64,000 nucleotides of DNA from a virus. The number at the start of each line of letters is the position of its first letter. Position 1 is the first letter of the stretch. The stretch lies in the IMG/VR virus record IMGVR_UViG_3300038427_000078. One strand, given 5' to 3'. A program made the position numbers and the translations under genes. Positions 21,507 through 30,200 of this stretch are shown one piece after another. A model generated the notes under the pieces. That model did not search any database. It was not told the origin of the DNA and was given only the letters and a program-made list of their open reading frames with translations.

Positions 21507-22463
21507 TCAGTCCATCCACCCTCGGCTAGCTTCGTATGCCCGGTTGCCCTGCGGCCCTTCCTGGTGTGGAGCGATGGTGCCCCACGGCAGACCGACCGGC
21601 TCTGATGGCTTGACCGCAGGCATGGCGACCGGAGCCTGAGTCTGACTCGGGTGGGTGCCCTGGTAGCCCTCGTAGACTCCCTCGGCCTCCTGAGCAGGCT
21701 CTACGAACTGCTGGAACAGCGCCACCTTCTGCGGGCCGAAGCTGCGGTAGTGGGCGGCGTAAGCGGTCTGTCCGATGCACTCGGAGAAGAGAGCTTGCTG
21801 AGCCTCCTTGTCGAGCAGCGGGAAGTGAGCTTGGCAGGCCCGGTTCTCTCCCTCCCAGCCGAAGTCTCCTCCTGACACAGCGTGGCCCAGCACATCGTGG
21901 ACGATGCGGAAGTTGACGCCCTGCTCCGGTGTCCAGAGCGGGTGGTCGAGGTTGGCTTTGCTGACCGTGTAGTGCTGTCGTTTGTGGATGTCGTCGGCCT
22001 GGTCCTGGGCGTTGGCATACGGCTCAGGGTCGTGGACCTCCTCGATGTCAAGCTGATTGCGAAGGATGTCCGCCCTGCGCTTGGAGTCTTCCGCGAGCCG
22101 CTGGTAAGCGACGGCTGCCTTCGGGTCGTAGACCGGAGCCTTGGCGTAGGCTTCCGCGATAGGCTTGAGTTGGTCGATCCAGTTGTATTTCCACATGCTG
22201 AGCATCTGCATGGCGGCGGACTTAGACCAGCGCCCGTGGTTGAGGCGGGACACAGCCAGCGCCAGGTGGCGGACGGCGTGGTCAACGGTGGTGCCCCTGC
22301 CGACTGCTTTCTCGCCATGCGGCGATTTCGCCTCGGCAACCCAGCGGTCGGCCTTCTTGTCGAACTTCACCTTGCTGACGGACCAGCCCTGGTCGCTGAT
22401 TAGTTTGTAGATGTCTGTCAGTGCGGACTCAAATCCGAACTGCGGAGTGTACTGGAAGGTCAT
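21507..22463 (-). CDS. putative internal virion protein with zincin-like HDxxGH domain
   Basis: NFRIVHDVLGH...F...GENRA..AH...ALFSECIGQ pattern as seen in phage polyvalent proteins. Confidence 0.55.
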   Translation of the reverse strand: MTFQYTPQFGFESALTDIYKLISDQGWSVSKVKFDKKADRWVAEAKSPHGEKAVGRGTTVDHAVRHLALAVSRLNHGRWSKSAAMQMLSMWKYNWIDQLKPIAEAYAKAPVYDPKAAVAYQRLAEDSKRRADILRNQLDIEEVHDPEPYANAQDQADDIHKRQHYTVSKANLDHPLWTPEQGVNFRIVHDVLGHAVSGGDFGWEGENRACQAHFPLLDKEAQQALFSECIGQTAYAAHYRSFGPQKVALFQQFVEPAQEAEGVYEGYQGTHPSQTQAPVAMPAVKPSEPVGLPWGTIAPHQEGPQGNRAYEASRGWMD

Positions 22464-22852
22464 GACTGCTCTCTAGCCTTCATGTTACGAACTCTATGAC
22501 AAATGGCACAGATTACTTCGCACTTGGCAATCTCGGTCATAAGTCGAGGAATGCTAGCTTTGAGCAGGTTTGAAACCGGGGCTGTCTTTGTTGCCGGATC
22601 GCGATGATGAAAATCAAGACCACAGGCATACTCGTTGTAGCCGCAATCTGCACATCCTGCCTCTAGCTTTATGGCATCGATGAGAGCATGCCTCTCTGGA
22701 TAAGTTTCTTTGTGTACCTTTCTTCGACGGATCTTGTCTCGGTCTTCATGGGCCGCTTGCCATTCTTTCGTTTTCCGAATGCGGCTCTCTTTGTGGGCCT
22801 GATGATAGGCTTTCGCGTACTTCTTAGCTTGGGCAGGATCCTTGTACGGCAT
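22460..22852 (-). CDS. HNH homing endonuclease
   Basis: CADCG...LDFHHRDP..K...EIAKCEVICAICH. Confidence 0.88.
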   Translation of the reverse strand: MPYKDPAQAKKYAKAYHQAHKESRIRKTKEWQAAHEDRDKIRRRKVHKETYPERHALIDAIKLEAGCADCGYNEYACGLDFHHRDPATKTAPVSNLLKASIPRLMTEIAKCEVICAICHRVRNMKAREQS

Positions 22853-22864
22853 ATCCCTACCTCC

Positions 22865-23254
22865 TCACTGTATCACACCGGGCGTGCTGACCGTGAAGAC
22901 CCCGGTGAGCATGGCGTAGGTGTCTTTTGGGCCTCCCGGTTCATAGAGGAAGAGCGTGTAGTAGGCTTTCTTCCATTCGAAGCCGGTCGTGTCTTCGGCA
23001 TCGATGTAGAGTTCCACGTAGCCCTGCGTGGGTTCCGGGAATTTGACTCCGCCGTTGCCCGAAGTGAGTTCGAAGAGCGTTTCCCCGGCTGGTCCGAGGA
23101 GCAGCAACTCGCCGCTGAACCCGGTCACGTTGTGGGGCGTGCGGACTTCTTTGCCTTCGACCTCTTCGGCGTCGATCCACTGGAACTTGTAGCGGAAGGT
23201 GCTCCCTTTCCAGACGGGAGGGTTCAGTTTGGCGGGAATGAAGCTCGCAGTCAT
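22865..23254 (-). CDS. beta-sandwich virion protein (BppU/LtfC-like)
   Basis: GSTFRYKFQW...NVTGFSG...LTSGNGG...GYVELYI; late motif upstream. Confidence 0.6.
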   Translation of the reverse strand: MTASFIPAKLNPPVWKGSTFRYKFQWIDAEEVEGKEVRTPHNVTGFSGELLLLGPAGETLFELTSGNGGVKFPEPTQGYVELYIDAEDTTGFEWKKAYYTLFLYEPGGPKDTYAMLTGVFTVSTPGVIQ

Positions 23255-23285
23255 CAACCTTTACTTGTCCGAAGGGTAATGGATG

Positions 23286-23423
23286 ATGGCACTCACCGAT
23301 CAAGTCTATCAAGCTCCGTACATGCCTACCGTGGTCCACGTCATCTCCACGGGAGCCACGATCAACCATCTTGAGCCGCCGACGTGGAGGTTGTACTTCA
23401 AAAGACTTCGAGGCGTAGGGTAA
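23286..23423 (+). CDS. 45-aa hypothetical late protein (not in ORF track)
   Basis: GTAA-TGGA-TG-ATG motif at 23276-23288 opens MALTDQVYQAPYMPT...LRGVG*. Confidence 0.45.
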   Translation: MALTDQVYQAPYMPTVVHVISTGATINHLEPPTWRLYFKRLRGVG

Positions 23424-23432
23424 TAGACGATG
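23420..23432 (+). promoter_or_regulatory. representative copy of putative phage late promoter GTAA-N4-YG-ATG
   Basis: GTAATAGACGATG; about 20 similarly spaced copies before late genes. Confidence 0.7.
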
Positions 23433-24413
23433 GCTACGACGAACATGCAATCAGAAGTTGGCTTTGGCGGAAGCGTCAAGCCGAAGCGCTACAAGGACGA
23501 GGCGGCTCAGGCCAAGGCCCGTGCCAAGAGGAGCAAGGTCTACTCCTTCTCCATCCCCGGAGGACTAGGGCGCTTCGCCTTCACCCGTGATCGCGGCGAG
23601 GGTGGACTCTTCCAGACCAGCCAGCTACGCAGCCACCTGGGAGCCGTGCTCTACGCTCCGGACGTGAGCGTCCGTGGACAGATCCGCCGAGGCAAGATCA
23701 TTGACGAATACGATCTTGGATCCGGCCTCGTCACCAACATCGGCGTCACCGCCCTCGGATACGACGCACAGTGGACCGTCGAAACAACCGAACTCATCAA
23801 CACTCTGGCCGCATGCAAGTGGCAGCAGTGGGGTACAGGGAAAACGGCGGCTGCCCAAACAGACTTCAAGCTACAGACGCTAGCCGAAAACGAATTGCAC
23901 AAAAAAGAAGGCGTCGAAGCAACCAACCTTCTGAAATGGCTCGCCACCGGCAACGCCAAGCTGATCAGCACCGCGACACTCACTGAGGAAGCGGCTGGTC
24001 CTGTCGAAATCTCGGAGTGGGGACTCTTCTCCGCAAAAAACATCCTTGGCACAGAAAAAACGGCGGTCAACGCCGGTGCCAACACCGCAACCACCTTCAC
24101 TGACACAGGTGGCCTCGTCGCTCCGGGTACAGAAGCCTCGGGTGCGAAAAAACGAGGAGCGCAGAACTACGTTCTCTTCGCGAAAGAAGCCGAAGAAGCC
24201 TACGGCCTCATCGAGAAAAACACCACCGAAGTTGCAACGGTTGCTGGATTCTCGAAAGCAGCGTCCGCAGCCGAAGCCGCCGTCCCGTCCAAAACCTCGA
24301 AATACTTCATCCTGCCTGTCATGTTTGACCACCGCGTGTTCGCCGTGATCAACGTCGAAAAAGGCAACAAAATCGAATTCCCGTACGAACTCGAAATCCA
24401 GGGTGGTCACTGA
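23430..24413 (+). CDS. collar/appendage fibre subunit-like structural protein
   Basis: GLVTNIG...WGTGKTAAAQTD..L...ISEWGLFSA...HRVFAVINVEKGNKIEFPYEL pattern of tail-collar fibre folds. Confidence 0.68.
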   Translation: MATTNMQSEVGFGGSVKPKRYKDEAAQAKARAKRSKVYSFSIPGGLGRFAFTRDRGEGGLFQTSQLRSHLGAVLYAPDVSVRGQIRRGKIIDEYDLGSGLVTNIGVTALGYDAQWTVETTELINTLAACKWQQWGTGKTAAAQTDFKLQTLAENELHKKEGVEATNLLKWLATGNAKLISTATLTEEAAGPVEISEWGLFSAKNILGTEKTAVNAGANTATTFTDTGGLVAPGTEASGAKKRGAQNYVLFAKEAEEAYGLIEKNTTEVATVAGFSKAASAAEAAVPSKTSKYFILPVMFDHRVFAVINVEKGNKIEFPYELEIQGGH

Positions 24414-24417
24414 TCCG

Positions 24418-24906
24418 ATGGGCACGTTCGGCACAGAAACAGTACCTAAGTCCGCTCTGACATCTGCGGAAGGGTCAGACAAAAAACTGGAAGAAGAACT
24501 AGCGACTGCCAATGCTGCGACCGCTGCTCAGAAAGCTCTCAAGGAAGCTGCCGAAGCCGAGCTTGTGGAATACGAGCCGGGTGCCTGGACGCCGGTAACT
24601 CTTCCCGCAAGCGTCGAAGCGGGCACTGGCGGTACACCGGAATGTCGCCTTCTTTCCTCAGCGAAGTCCCCTGGCAAACTCTTCGTTGAGTTCCAGGGTG
24701 CCACAAAGGTCAAAGCAGGCAAAGAAGTCAAAACGACGGAAACCCTGTTCACCGTACCCGCAGGTTTCATACCGGCTGGAACACGGGTCACAGCACCGAG
24801 CACGACATCGCTTTCGATTGCCGTCACCACGGGCATCGCTAAACCATCAGTGAATCAGACCGAAGGACTTGAACTGGTGCTCACTGGTTTCGTCTACGCG
24901 CTCTGA
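24418..24906 (+). CDS. short fibre/spike-like virion protein
   Basis: Coiled N-terminus then GAWTPVTL...TLFTVPAGFIP head domain; paralogue of 44353-44810. Confidence 0.6.
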   Translation: MGTFGTETVPKSALTSAEGSDKKLEEELATANAATAAQKALKEAAEAELVEYEPGAWTPVTLPASVEAGTGGTPECRLLSSAKSPGKLFVEFQGATKVKAGKEVKTTETLFTVPAGFIPAGTRVTAPSTTSLSIAVTTGIAKPSVNQTEGLELVLTGFVYAL

Positions 24907-25384
24907 TCGATCACTAGCAAGTTGCTAGGACTGGTCACCTTGGATATGTGCCCGCGTGGGTGCCAGCCGCCGAAGAAGTCGCTGAGCAGTTCTACCTCGA
25001 TGAGAGGTCGCTCCTTGCCGTACTGTTTGCGCGTCTTGAGAGCCTTGATGCGGCCCTTGCAGACGTTGCCTTCGCAGTTGTAGGCCACGATCTGTCCAAC
25101 CTCTAGGACGCGACTGCTGGTGTCTGTCAGTTCGTTCATCAGTGGTAGTAGTCCGATCCCGCAGGAGGCGACTTAGGAGGAGAAGGGCCGCTCTGATCGA
25201 TGACCTCGATGGCCCGTAACAGGTCAGACACGCGGAAGGACATCCCATCGGTGTTGCCGCCAAGCATGATGACCTCGGGCGTGAGGCGCGTGACCAGCAC
25301 CTTGCGCTCGTAGTGCTGTGACTCTTCCCGCTGTCCACGGCTGTAGACGGTGGCGTCGATCTTGATGTCCTGGTGAACCATCAA
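24894..25384 (-). other. two small hypothetical genes (24894-25139, 25139-25384)
   Basis: Coupled ORFs; the first is SH3-like (LEVGQIVAY). Confidence 0.55.
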
Positions 25385-25836
25385 CTCACCATCCTCGCGG
25401 CCAGGTCGCCTATCGTGTTGACTCCCTCAAGATCACGTTCGACCCGCCGTTTGCCCTCTAGCTCCGTGCGCAGCGTGGCAAGGTCGCCCCGGTACTTGTC
25501 GTTGCGAGGATCGATGACTGCGGCCCGTGTCTCGGGCGTGCTCAGGACTGTCTCAATCTCAAAGACGTGCATCGTGTACCATGCGCCGTTCGAGTCCTCC
25601 CCACCGAGGCGTAGCGTGCCTACGAAGTCGAGGATGGCGTAGTTGAAGACCTCGCCGGTGGTGACGATCTGGAAGGTACGCGGCTCGACCACCAGCCTCT
25701 CATCGACCACGGCGGTCAGGAACGGGAAGCCGTACTTGTTCACCAGTCCGAGAATGTCGGCGTTCCTCGGCATCATGATGATCTGTTTGCCATCGGCCTG
25801 TAGCTCAAAATTCCATATTCTTCGCTCCCACGTCAT
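25381..25836 (-). CDS. conserved phage hypothetical protein with replaced N-terminus
   Basis: RRIWNFEL...MPRNADIL...RTFQIVTTGE...FVGT...HVFE family pattern. Confidence 0.7.
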   Translation of the reverse strand: MTWERRIWNFELQADGKQIIMMPRNADILGLVNKYGFPFLTAVVDERLVVEPRTFQIVTTGEVFNYAILDFVGTLRLGGEDSNGAWYTMHVFEIETVLSTPETRAAVIDPRNDKYRGDLATLRTELEGKRRVERDLEGVNTIGDLAARMVS

Positions 25837-26263
25837 TAGGCGCATACCTCTCGATAAGCTCTTGTGCCCAAGCCAGGGCATCGCAAACCCGTGCTCCTGT
25901 AGGATGCCCTACGGTCCAAAGCTCTAAGTTCTCGGGTCGATTGTCTGTTTTGATGTTGTTCTTGTGATGTACTCGCTCGTCGGGATAGAGCGGTCGTCCA
26001 AGCATTTCGCTCATCACCATGGTGTGCTCGCCCACGTATCCTCCCTTGTGAGCATTGGGATGCTCGGGGAAACAAACCCGTACATAGCCCTTCATGATGT
26101 AGGTATTGCCCGGAGTGCCTGGTTTGCGGCGAGGCTGTAAGTTGATCAAAGGATCGCCATGACGATGCCAACGCTGATAGTGGATTTCGCACCAGCCTCG
26201 ACAAACGGCCTCTGTTTCGCATCCATCGACGGCACATGGAATGCCCGTATATATGCCCATCAT
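25805..26263 (-). CDS. HNH homing endonuclease
   Basis: YVGEHTMVMSEMLGRPLYPDERVHHKNNIKTDNRPENLEL; own TGCTATCAT -10. Confidence 0.92.
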   Translation of the reverse strand: MMGIYTGIPCAVDGCETEAVCRGWCEIHYQRWHRHGDPLINLQPRRKPGTPGNTYIMKGYVRVCFPEHPNAHKGGYVGEHTMVMSEMLGRPLYPDERVHHKNNIKTDNRPENLELWTVGHPTGARVCDALAWAQELIERYAPNDVGAKNMEF

Positions 26264-26285
26264 TTATATGATAGCAGGTGAGCCG

Positions 26286-26327
26286 TTGCAACTCGTAGTT
26301 GAAGATGCGTCGTGTGTACTCGCTCAC
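26286..26327 (-). pseudogene. orphaned original N-terminus of the 25381-25836 gene
   Basis: VSEYTRRIFNYELQ aligns with MTWERRIWNFELQ; GTG coupled to stop of HD gene. Confidence 0.7.
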
Positions 26328-26770
26328 TCGCGTAGCCCTTCTAGGATCTGACGAGCCTTGTCATAGCGACCGCCCGGAGCGCGCATGCCCATCTTGTCAG
26401 CGGGGCAGGGACGGGAGCAGTTGTCGTGGTTATCTGCGAGCTTGACTTCAACGGCTATCTCGCCAGCCTCGCCCTCGGCGTGAGCTATGCACCGGATATA
26501 GTCGAGGTAGGTTTCCTCGGGCATCCGGGTGAGGAGGAACAGAGCGTTGTACTCCGTGTCGCTGATGCCCGCATCACGCAGAGCGCCGAGAGTGGTCAGG
26601 CCATCCTCAACCGCGTCGTGAAGATAGGCGACCACCTGACAGTGGGTCGTCACGTTGTAGGCCACGCGCTCAAGGTGCTCGAACTCTGGCTTCGAGGACC
26701 AGTCCACCCTACCGTGGTAGAGGACTTGTGCGATGGCTCTAGCTTGGTCTGTGTTCACGATGGACCACAC
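26324..26770 (-). CDS. HD-domain phosphohydrolase (SpoT/Mesh1-like)
   Basis: H.RVD....P...HLERVA...AYLHDAVED...VKLADNHDN. Confidence 0.85.
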   Translation of the reverse strand: MWSIVNTDQARAIAQVLYHGRVDWSSKPEFEHLERVAYNVTTHCQVVAYLHDAVEDGLTTLGALRDAGISDTEYNALFLLTRMPEETYLDYIRCIAHAEGEAGEIAVEVKLADNHDNCSRPCPADKMGMRAPGGRYDKARQILEGLRE

Positions 26771-26952
26771 GTTCTCGGAACGAGAGCTTTGATGCCAAGA
26801 ACTTTGCGGAACTGTCGAGCATCGCGTGCGGCGTCACCGAAGGTTGAGAACGCAACGCTTGCGCTCTGGCAAAGGTACCCGTGCTCCGGTGGCGCTTGTA
26901 GCTTCCAGCGGTACGTTCCGTGTTCGGGGTTTCTCAGGATGTCGAATCTCAT
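26755..26952 (-). CDS. small hypothetical protein (DUF1508/YegP-like pattern)
   Basis: MRFDILRN..G.YRWKLQA......QS...F. Confidence 0.5.
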   Translation of the reverse strand: MRFDILRNPEHGTYRWKLQAPPEHGYLCQSASVAFSTFGDAARDARQFRKVLGIKALVPRTCGPS

Positions 26953-27112
26953 GGACGGAGCTTAGCACGCACTTCGTCCTCTGTCAAGTTGTGGACCTTG
27001 GCGTAGCACGGGATGCACAGGTTGTCGAGGCCGATGATGGCCCACCGGCAGCCGCAGCGCTTGCAGCCGACGCCCGCGTGAGGCTTGGTCGTGAAGGTGA
27101 TCGGGCCGGTCG

Positions 27113-27517
27113 TCATGATGGAGGCGTGTAGTAGGCCAGGATGTCGCGCTTCTTGCCTCGGAAGGCGTTGTGCGTGTCGTGAGGCATGCCGTCAATGACT
27201 GCGACAAGGTGGTGCTGTAGGCGGCAGATGACGCGGCCCAACGGGATGTCCCAAATCGGCGTCGGCATCCAGGGGCCTTCGTAGTGCCAGCCCATGTCGG
27301 TGAGGAGGGGATGGTATGTCTCTCGGAAGACTCCTTTGTCCACGCACTGCCGGGACTGCGCTTTCGCCATGGCTTCCAGAGCCGTGCGGATGCTCTCGTA
27401 GGGCATCTCGGAGGCGATGGCGATAGCCCGGACTACACAGTCGTTCGCCTGACGCCTGTAGCCCGCCTTCCTGCGGCCCCCGTCGTCGTAGATGTACTTG
27501 CGCGCGAACAGTTGCAT
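27113..27517 (-). CDS. conserved phage protein with DCVVRA motif (papain-like fold candidate)
   Basis: NDCVVRAIAIA...HLVAVIDG..HDT; TTGACA-17-TACGCT promoter upstream. Confidence 0.65.
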   Translation of the reverse strand: MQLFARKYIYDDGGRRKAGYRRQANDCVVRAIAIASEMPYESIRTALEAMAKAQSRQCVDKGVFRETYHPLLTDMGWHYEGPWMPTPIWDIPLGRVICRLQHHLVAVIDGMPHDTHNAFRGKKRDILAYYTPPS

Positions 27518-27523
27518 GATGAG

Positions 27524-27552
27524 AGCGTAGCAGAAGCCATAGCGTATGTCAA
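27524..27552 (-). promoter_or_regulatory. SigA-type promoter
   Basis: TTGACA-17nt-TACGCT with TG extension, 6 nt before ATG. Confidence 0.7.
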
Positions 27553-27576
27553 GCCGTTTGCGGACACTAAAGGGTG

Positions 27577-28179
27577 ATGAGCCTATCAACTTTCTCACTA
27601 GACGAACTAGCGCAGTACACGCCAGAGGGAGCCTTCCCGGAAGGGGACTCTCCCGACTTCCGCGTGTTCTATGTCGGACGCGATGATGTCCACAGCATCC
27701 TCAAACACCTGCTCGACAACGTGACCCTCTCGGTCCAGATGAACATGTTTGGGTTCGATGATGATGCCCTCAACCTACTCCTGATGGAACACGTCAAGGA
27801 TCCGAACATCGTCGTCCAGGTCACACTCGACAAGTCCCAGGCGGGCGGGGTCCATGAGAAGAAGCTGATCGAAGCGGACGAGGCCGCTGACCCCACAGGC
27901 TTCGCCAACTCATTCGCCATCGGCCAGTCCTCTACCCACCAGATTAGCCATACCAAGGGAGGCATCCTAGATGGCGTGGTCGCCTTCGAGGGTAGCACGA
28001 ACTGGTCGGCCAGCGGCGAGGGCGAAGGCATCGTACTCAAAGGCGCTCAGGGCACCGGGTTCAAAGCTCAGAACAACACGCTCTCCGTCTACACGAATCG
28101 CACAGAGATTGCGAAGTTCGCAGCCCGCCTCGCCTATGAGCACGGGGTGGCCGCAGCGCAGCAACAGAAAGCAGCCTGA
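27577..28179 (+). CDS. phospholipase D-family protein with a single HKD motif
   Basis: SHTKGGILDG...FEGSTNWS...AQNN; late motif upstream. Confidence 0.85.
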   Translation: MSLSTFSLDELAQYTPEGAFPEGDSPDFRVFYVGRDDVHSILKHLLDNVTLSVQMNMFGFDDDALNLLLMEHVKDPNIVVQVTLDKSQAGGVHEKKLIEADEAADPTGFANSFAIGQSSTHQISHTKGGILDGVVAFEGSTNWSASGEGEGIVLKGAQGTGFKAQNNTLSVYTNRTEIAKFAARLAYEHGVAAAQQQKAA

Positions 28180-28511
28180 TGCCGGTACCAGACGACCTCA
28201 AGAGTCTGCTGGACCCGACATACGACGACTCGGACTACAACGGTCCGCTCTACTGGCTGTGGGTGTTCGATCCGGTCAGTGGCAAGGTCACAGTCGCCAC
28301 CAATGACGACAAGCACCCCGCTGACACCATCAGCCATGAACACATCGCCACTGACGCTACGCACCCGTCACGGCAGGAGGGCTACTGTTACAAGATCCGA
28401 GGCGGCTACCGGATCACCGACATTACGCACAAACCTGTCGTAGATCCGTACGTCAAACGAGAGGTCCGCAAAGAGTGCGAACACGACCTCAAGCGCTTTT
28501 CTCATCAGTGA
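28179..28511 (+). CDS. hypothetical protein
   Basis: Coupled (TGATG) to PLD gene. Confidence 0.65.
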   Translation: MPVPDDLKSLLDPTYDDSDYNGPLYWLWVFDPVSGKVTVATNDDKHPADTISHEHIATDATHPSRQEGYCYKIRGGYRITDITHKPVVDPYVKREVRKECEHDLKRFSHQ

Positions 28512-28887
28512 ACGCACCGGGCGCGAGCTTCCGAAGGTCGGCACGGATGGTGCCGAGGCCACCGGGCGTTTCCTCGTTGACTCGATCAGCGATCAGGTCG
28601 AGCGTGGAGTTGGACTCGGCTTCGGGGTCAAGCTGGTCGAGGATCAAGGAGAGCTTGCGATGCAACTCCGCATGGCTAGCCTCATGGTCGAACTTCTGGA
28701 TGTCCTTCGTGATCCATTTGTGGACCCAATAGGTGATGGTACCGAGGATCGCTAGCGGCAGCACCGCAAAGACGTTGCCCCACACCAGACCTTCATACCA
28801 CGGCTTGCCCGGTGGGAAGAAGTACAGGTTCCACCAGTGCGCGAAGTCTGTGTTCCACAAGTGAGTGATGACGATGACTGCGTTCAT
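28489..28887 (-). CDS. membrane protein
   Basis: TM helix NVFAVLPLAILGTITYW followed by coiled acidic region. Confidence 0.6.
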   Translation of the reverse strand: MNAVIVITHLWNTDFAHWWNLYFFPPGKPWYEGLVWGNVFAVLPLAILGTITYWVHKWITKDIQKFDHEASHAELHRKLSLILDQLDPEAESNSTLDLIADRVNEETPGGLGTIRADLRKLAPGAFTDEKSA

Positions 28888-29324
28888 GCTGTCTCCTTTT
28901 CGCGAGCGATGTAACGACGAAGAATCTCTTGTGCCCATTGTATCGCATCGGATATGGTGATACCCGGTCCATGAGCATTGACCTTTAGTTCCAGGTTCTC
29001 GAAACGATTGTCGTTATGCACACCGTTTTTGTGATGAACTTGCTCATCTGGATAGAGAGGACGACCAAGATGTTCGCTCATGACTACAGTATGTTCGTAG
29101 AGATTGCCTTCTCCCCATGCGTTCGGATGCTCTGGCATGTAGACAATAATGTAGCCTTTCTTGGTTTCTCTACGACACCCTGGTTGACCGACAGAGCGAT
29201 GTCGCCTTTGCTGAGGTTTGGCGAATCCGCCATTACGATACCTGCGCAAATAGTGCATGTGGCAATATCCACGACTATGTTGAGGTTTACGACATTTTGG
29301 TTCAGAACAAGAATCTTTCATCAC
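28884..29324 (-). CDS. HNH homing endonuclease
   Basis: EHTVVMSEHLGRPLYPDEQVHHKNGVHNDNRFENLEL. Confidence 0.92.
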   Translation of the reverse strand: MMKDSCSEPKCRKPQHSRGYCHMHYLRRYRNGGFAKPQQRRHRSVGQPGCRRETKKGYIIVYMPEHPNAWGEGNLYEHTVVMSEHLGRPLYPDEQVHHKNGVHNDNRFENLELKVNAHGPGITISDAIQWAQEILRRYIAREKETA

Positions 29325-29846
29325 TTCTTATGAGTAAGAAGTCGTTCTTTTACAATGCGCTCCTTTTTCTCGATAGGTCGGACTTTCTCCTGTATCTTAG
29401 CAGCGATGTCAGGCATGACCTCCTTCATCAGCCCGTCCTCGCCGTCGATGAGCCAGGAGCCAAACTTGCAGTGCGCTTGCACAGTCACGCCATCGGCGGT
29501 AATGTTGCACTTCCAGAAGCCCTTGTCGTCGCGTTCGAGCTTGGTGATCGTGAGGTCACGCTTGGGCATCGAGGGCTTCTCCCTTCGGGGTTACACGGTA
29601 CTCGATTTCGCCGTCGTCATCGACTCCGACGATTTCGAGATAGCCCTTCTCGACAGACCGGGCGAGGATGTCGTCCGCGATCATCTTCTGCAACTGCTGC
29701 GCGACCTCCGCGATGAACTCATCGCTGTCGTAGTCAGCCACGCAGCCGCCGAAGGCTCGCTCCGCCCGTTCGTAGGCGACGACCCAACGCTCATCGCTCA
29801 TGGCGACCGCGAGGTCATCGACGGGGATTTTCGGCTCGTTGCTCAT
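29321..29846 (-). other. two hypothetical genes (29321-29569, 29556-29846)
   Basis: Coupled ORFs; the second ends in a winged-helix-like YRVTPKG. Confidence 0.55.
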
Positions 29847-30187
29847 ACGAAGGTGTCCGGGTTGTAGATGACACGGGTCACGCGAGTAGGCACGGGAGCG
29901 TGTCGGAAGCAGTCGAGGATGCGCTGTGCTCCGCTGCCCGACATCGAGTGGACGTTGATCTTCGCCGGGAAGATGCGCTTCTGCTCCATCCAGCGAGCAA
30001 GGTCGTAGCCTGTTTCGTCCGCTGTTCCCTGAATCAAGTAGTGATCGCCAGGGCGTCCGCCGAGGTCGTGGTCGATGGAAATCTCCGTCACGCATCCAGT
30101 TTCGAGAGCAGCCTTCGCCGCCTCGTTGTTGATGGCCCACACCCAACCACGGGGAGGGATTCTGATGTCGTCGTGCCAGAGCTTCAT
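29843..30187 (-). CDS. cyclic-phosphate-processing receiver domain protein
   Basis: MKLWHDDIR.PP.GW...ISIDHDLG...TGYD...W...VHSMS. Confidence 0.8.
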   Translation of the reverse strand: MKLWHDDIRIPPRGWVWAINNEAAKAALETGCVTEISIDHDLGGRPGDHYLIQGTADETGYDLARWMEQKRIFPAKINVHSMSGSGAQRILDCFRHAPVPTRVTRVIYNPDTFV

Positions 30188-30200
30188 AGCCGGAAGGGTA

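Noticed and set aside
21147-22852. Group I introns housing the HNH genes
   Set aside because: HNH ORFs abut flanking start/stop codons within a few nucleotides, leaving no room for a ribozyme core
12044-24906. Possible genetic-code reassignment of GAA/AAA or stop codons
   Set aside because: Long genes are open in code 11; GAA/AAA replace several different residues rather than one, and conserved Glu positions also use GAA
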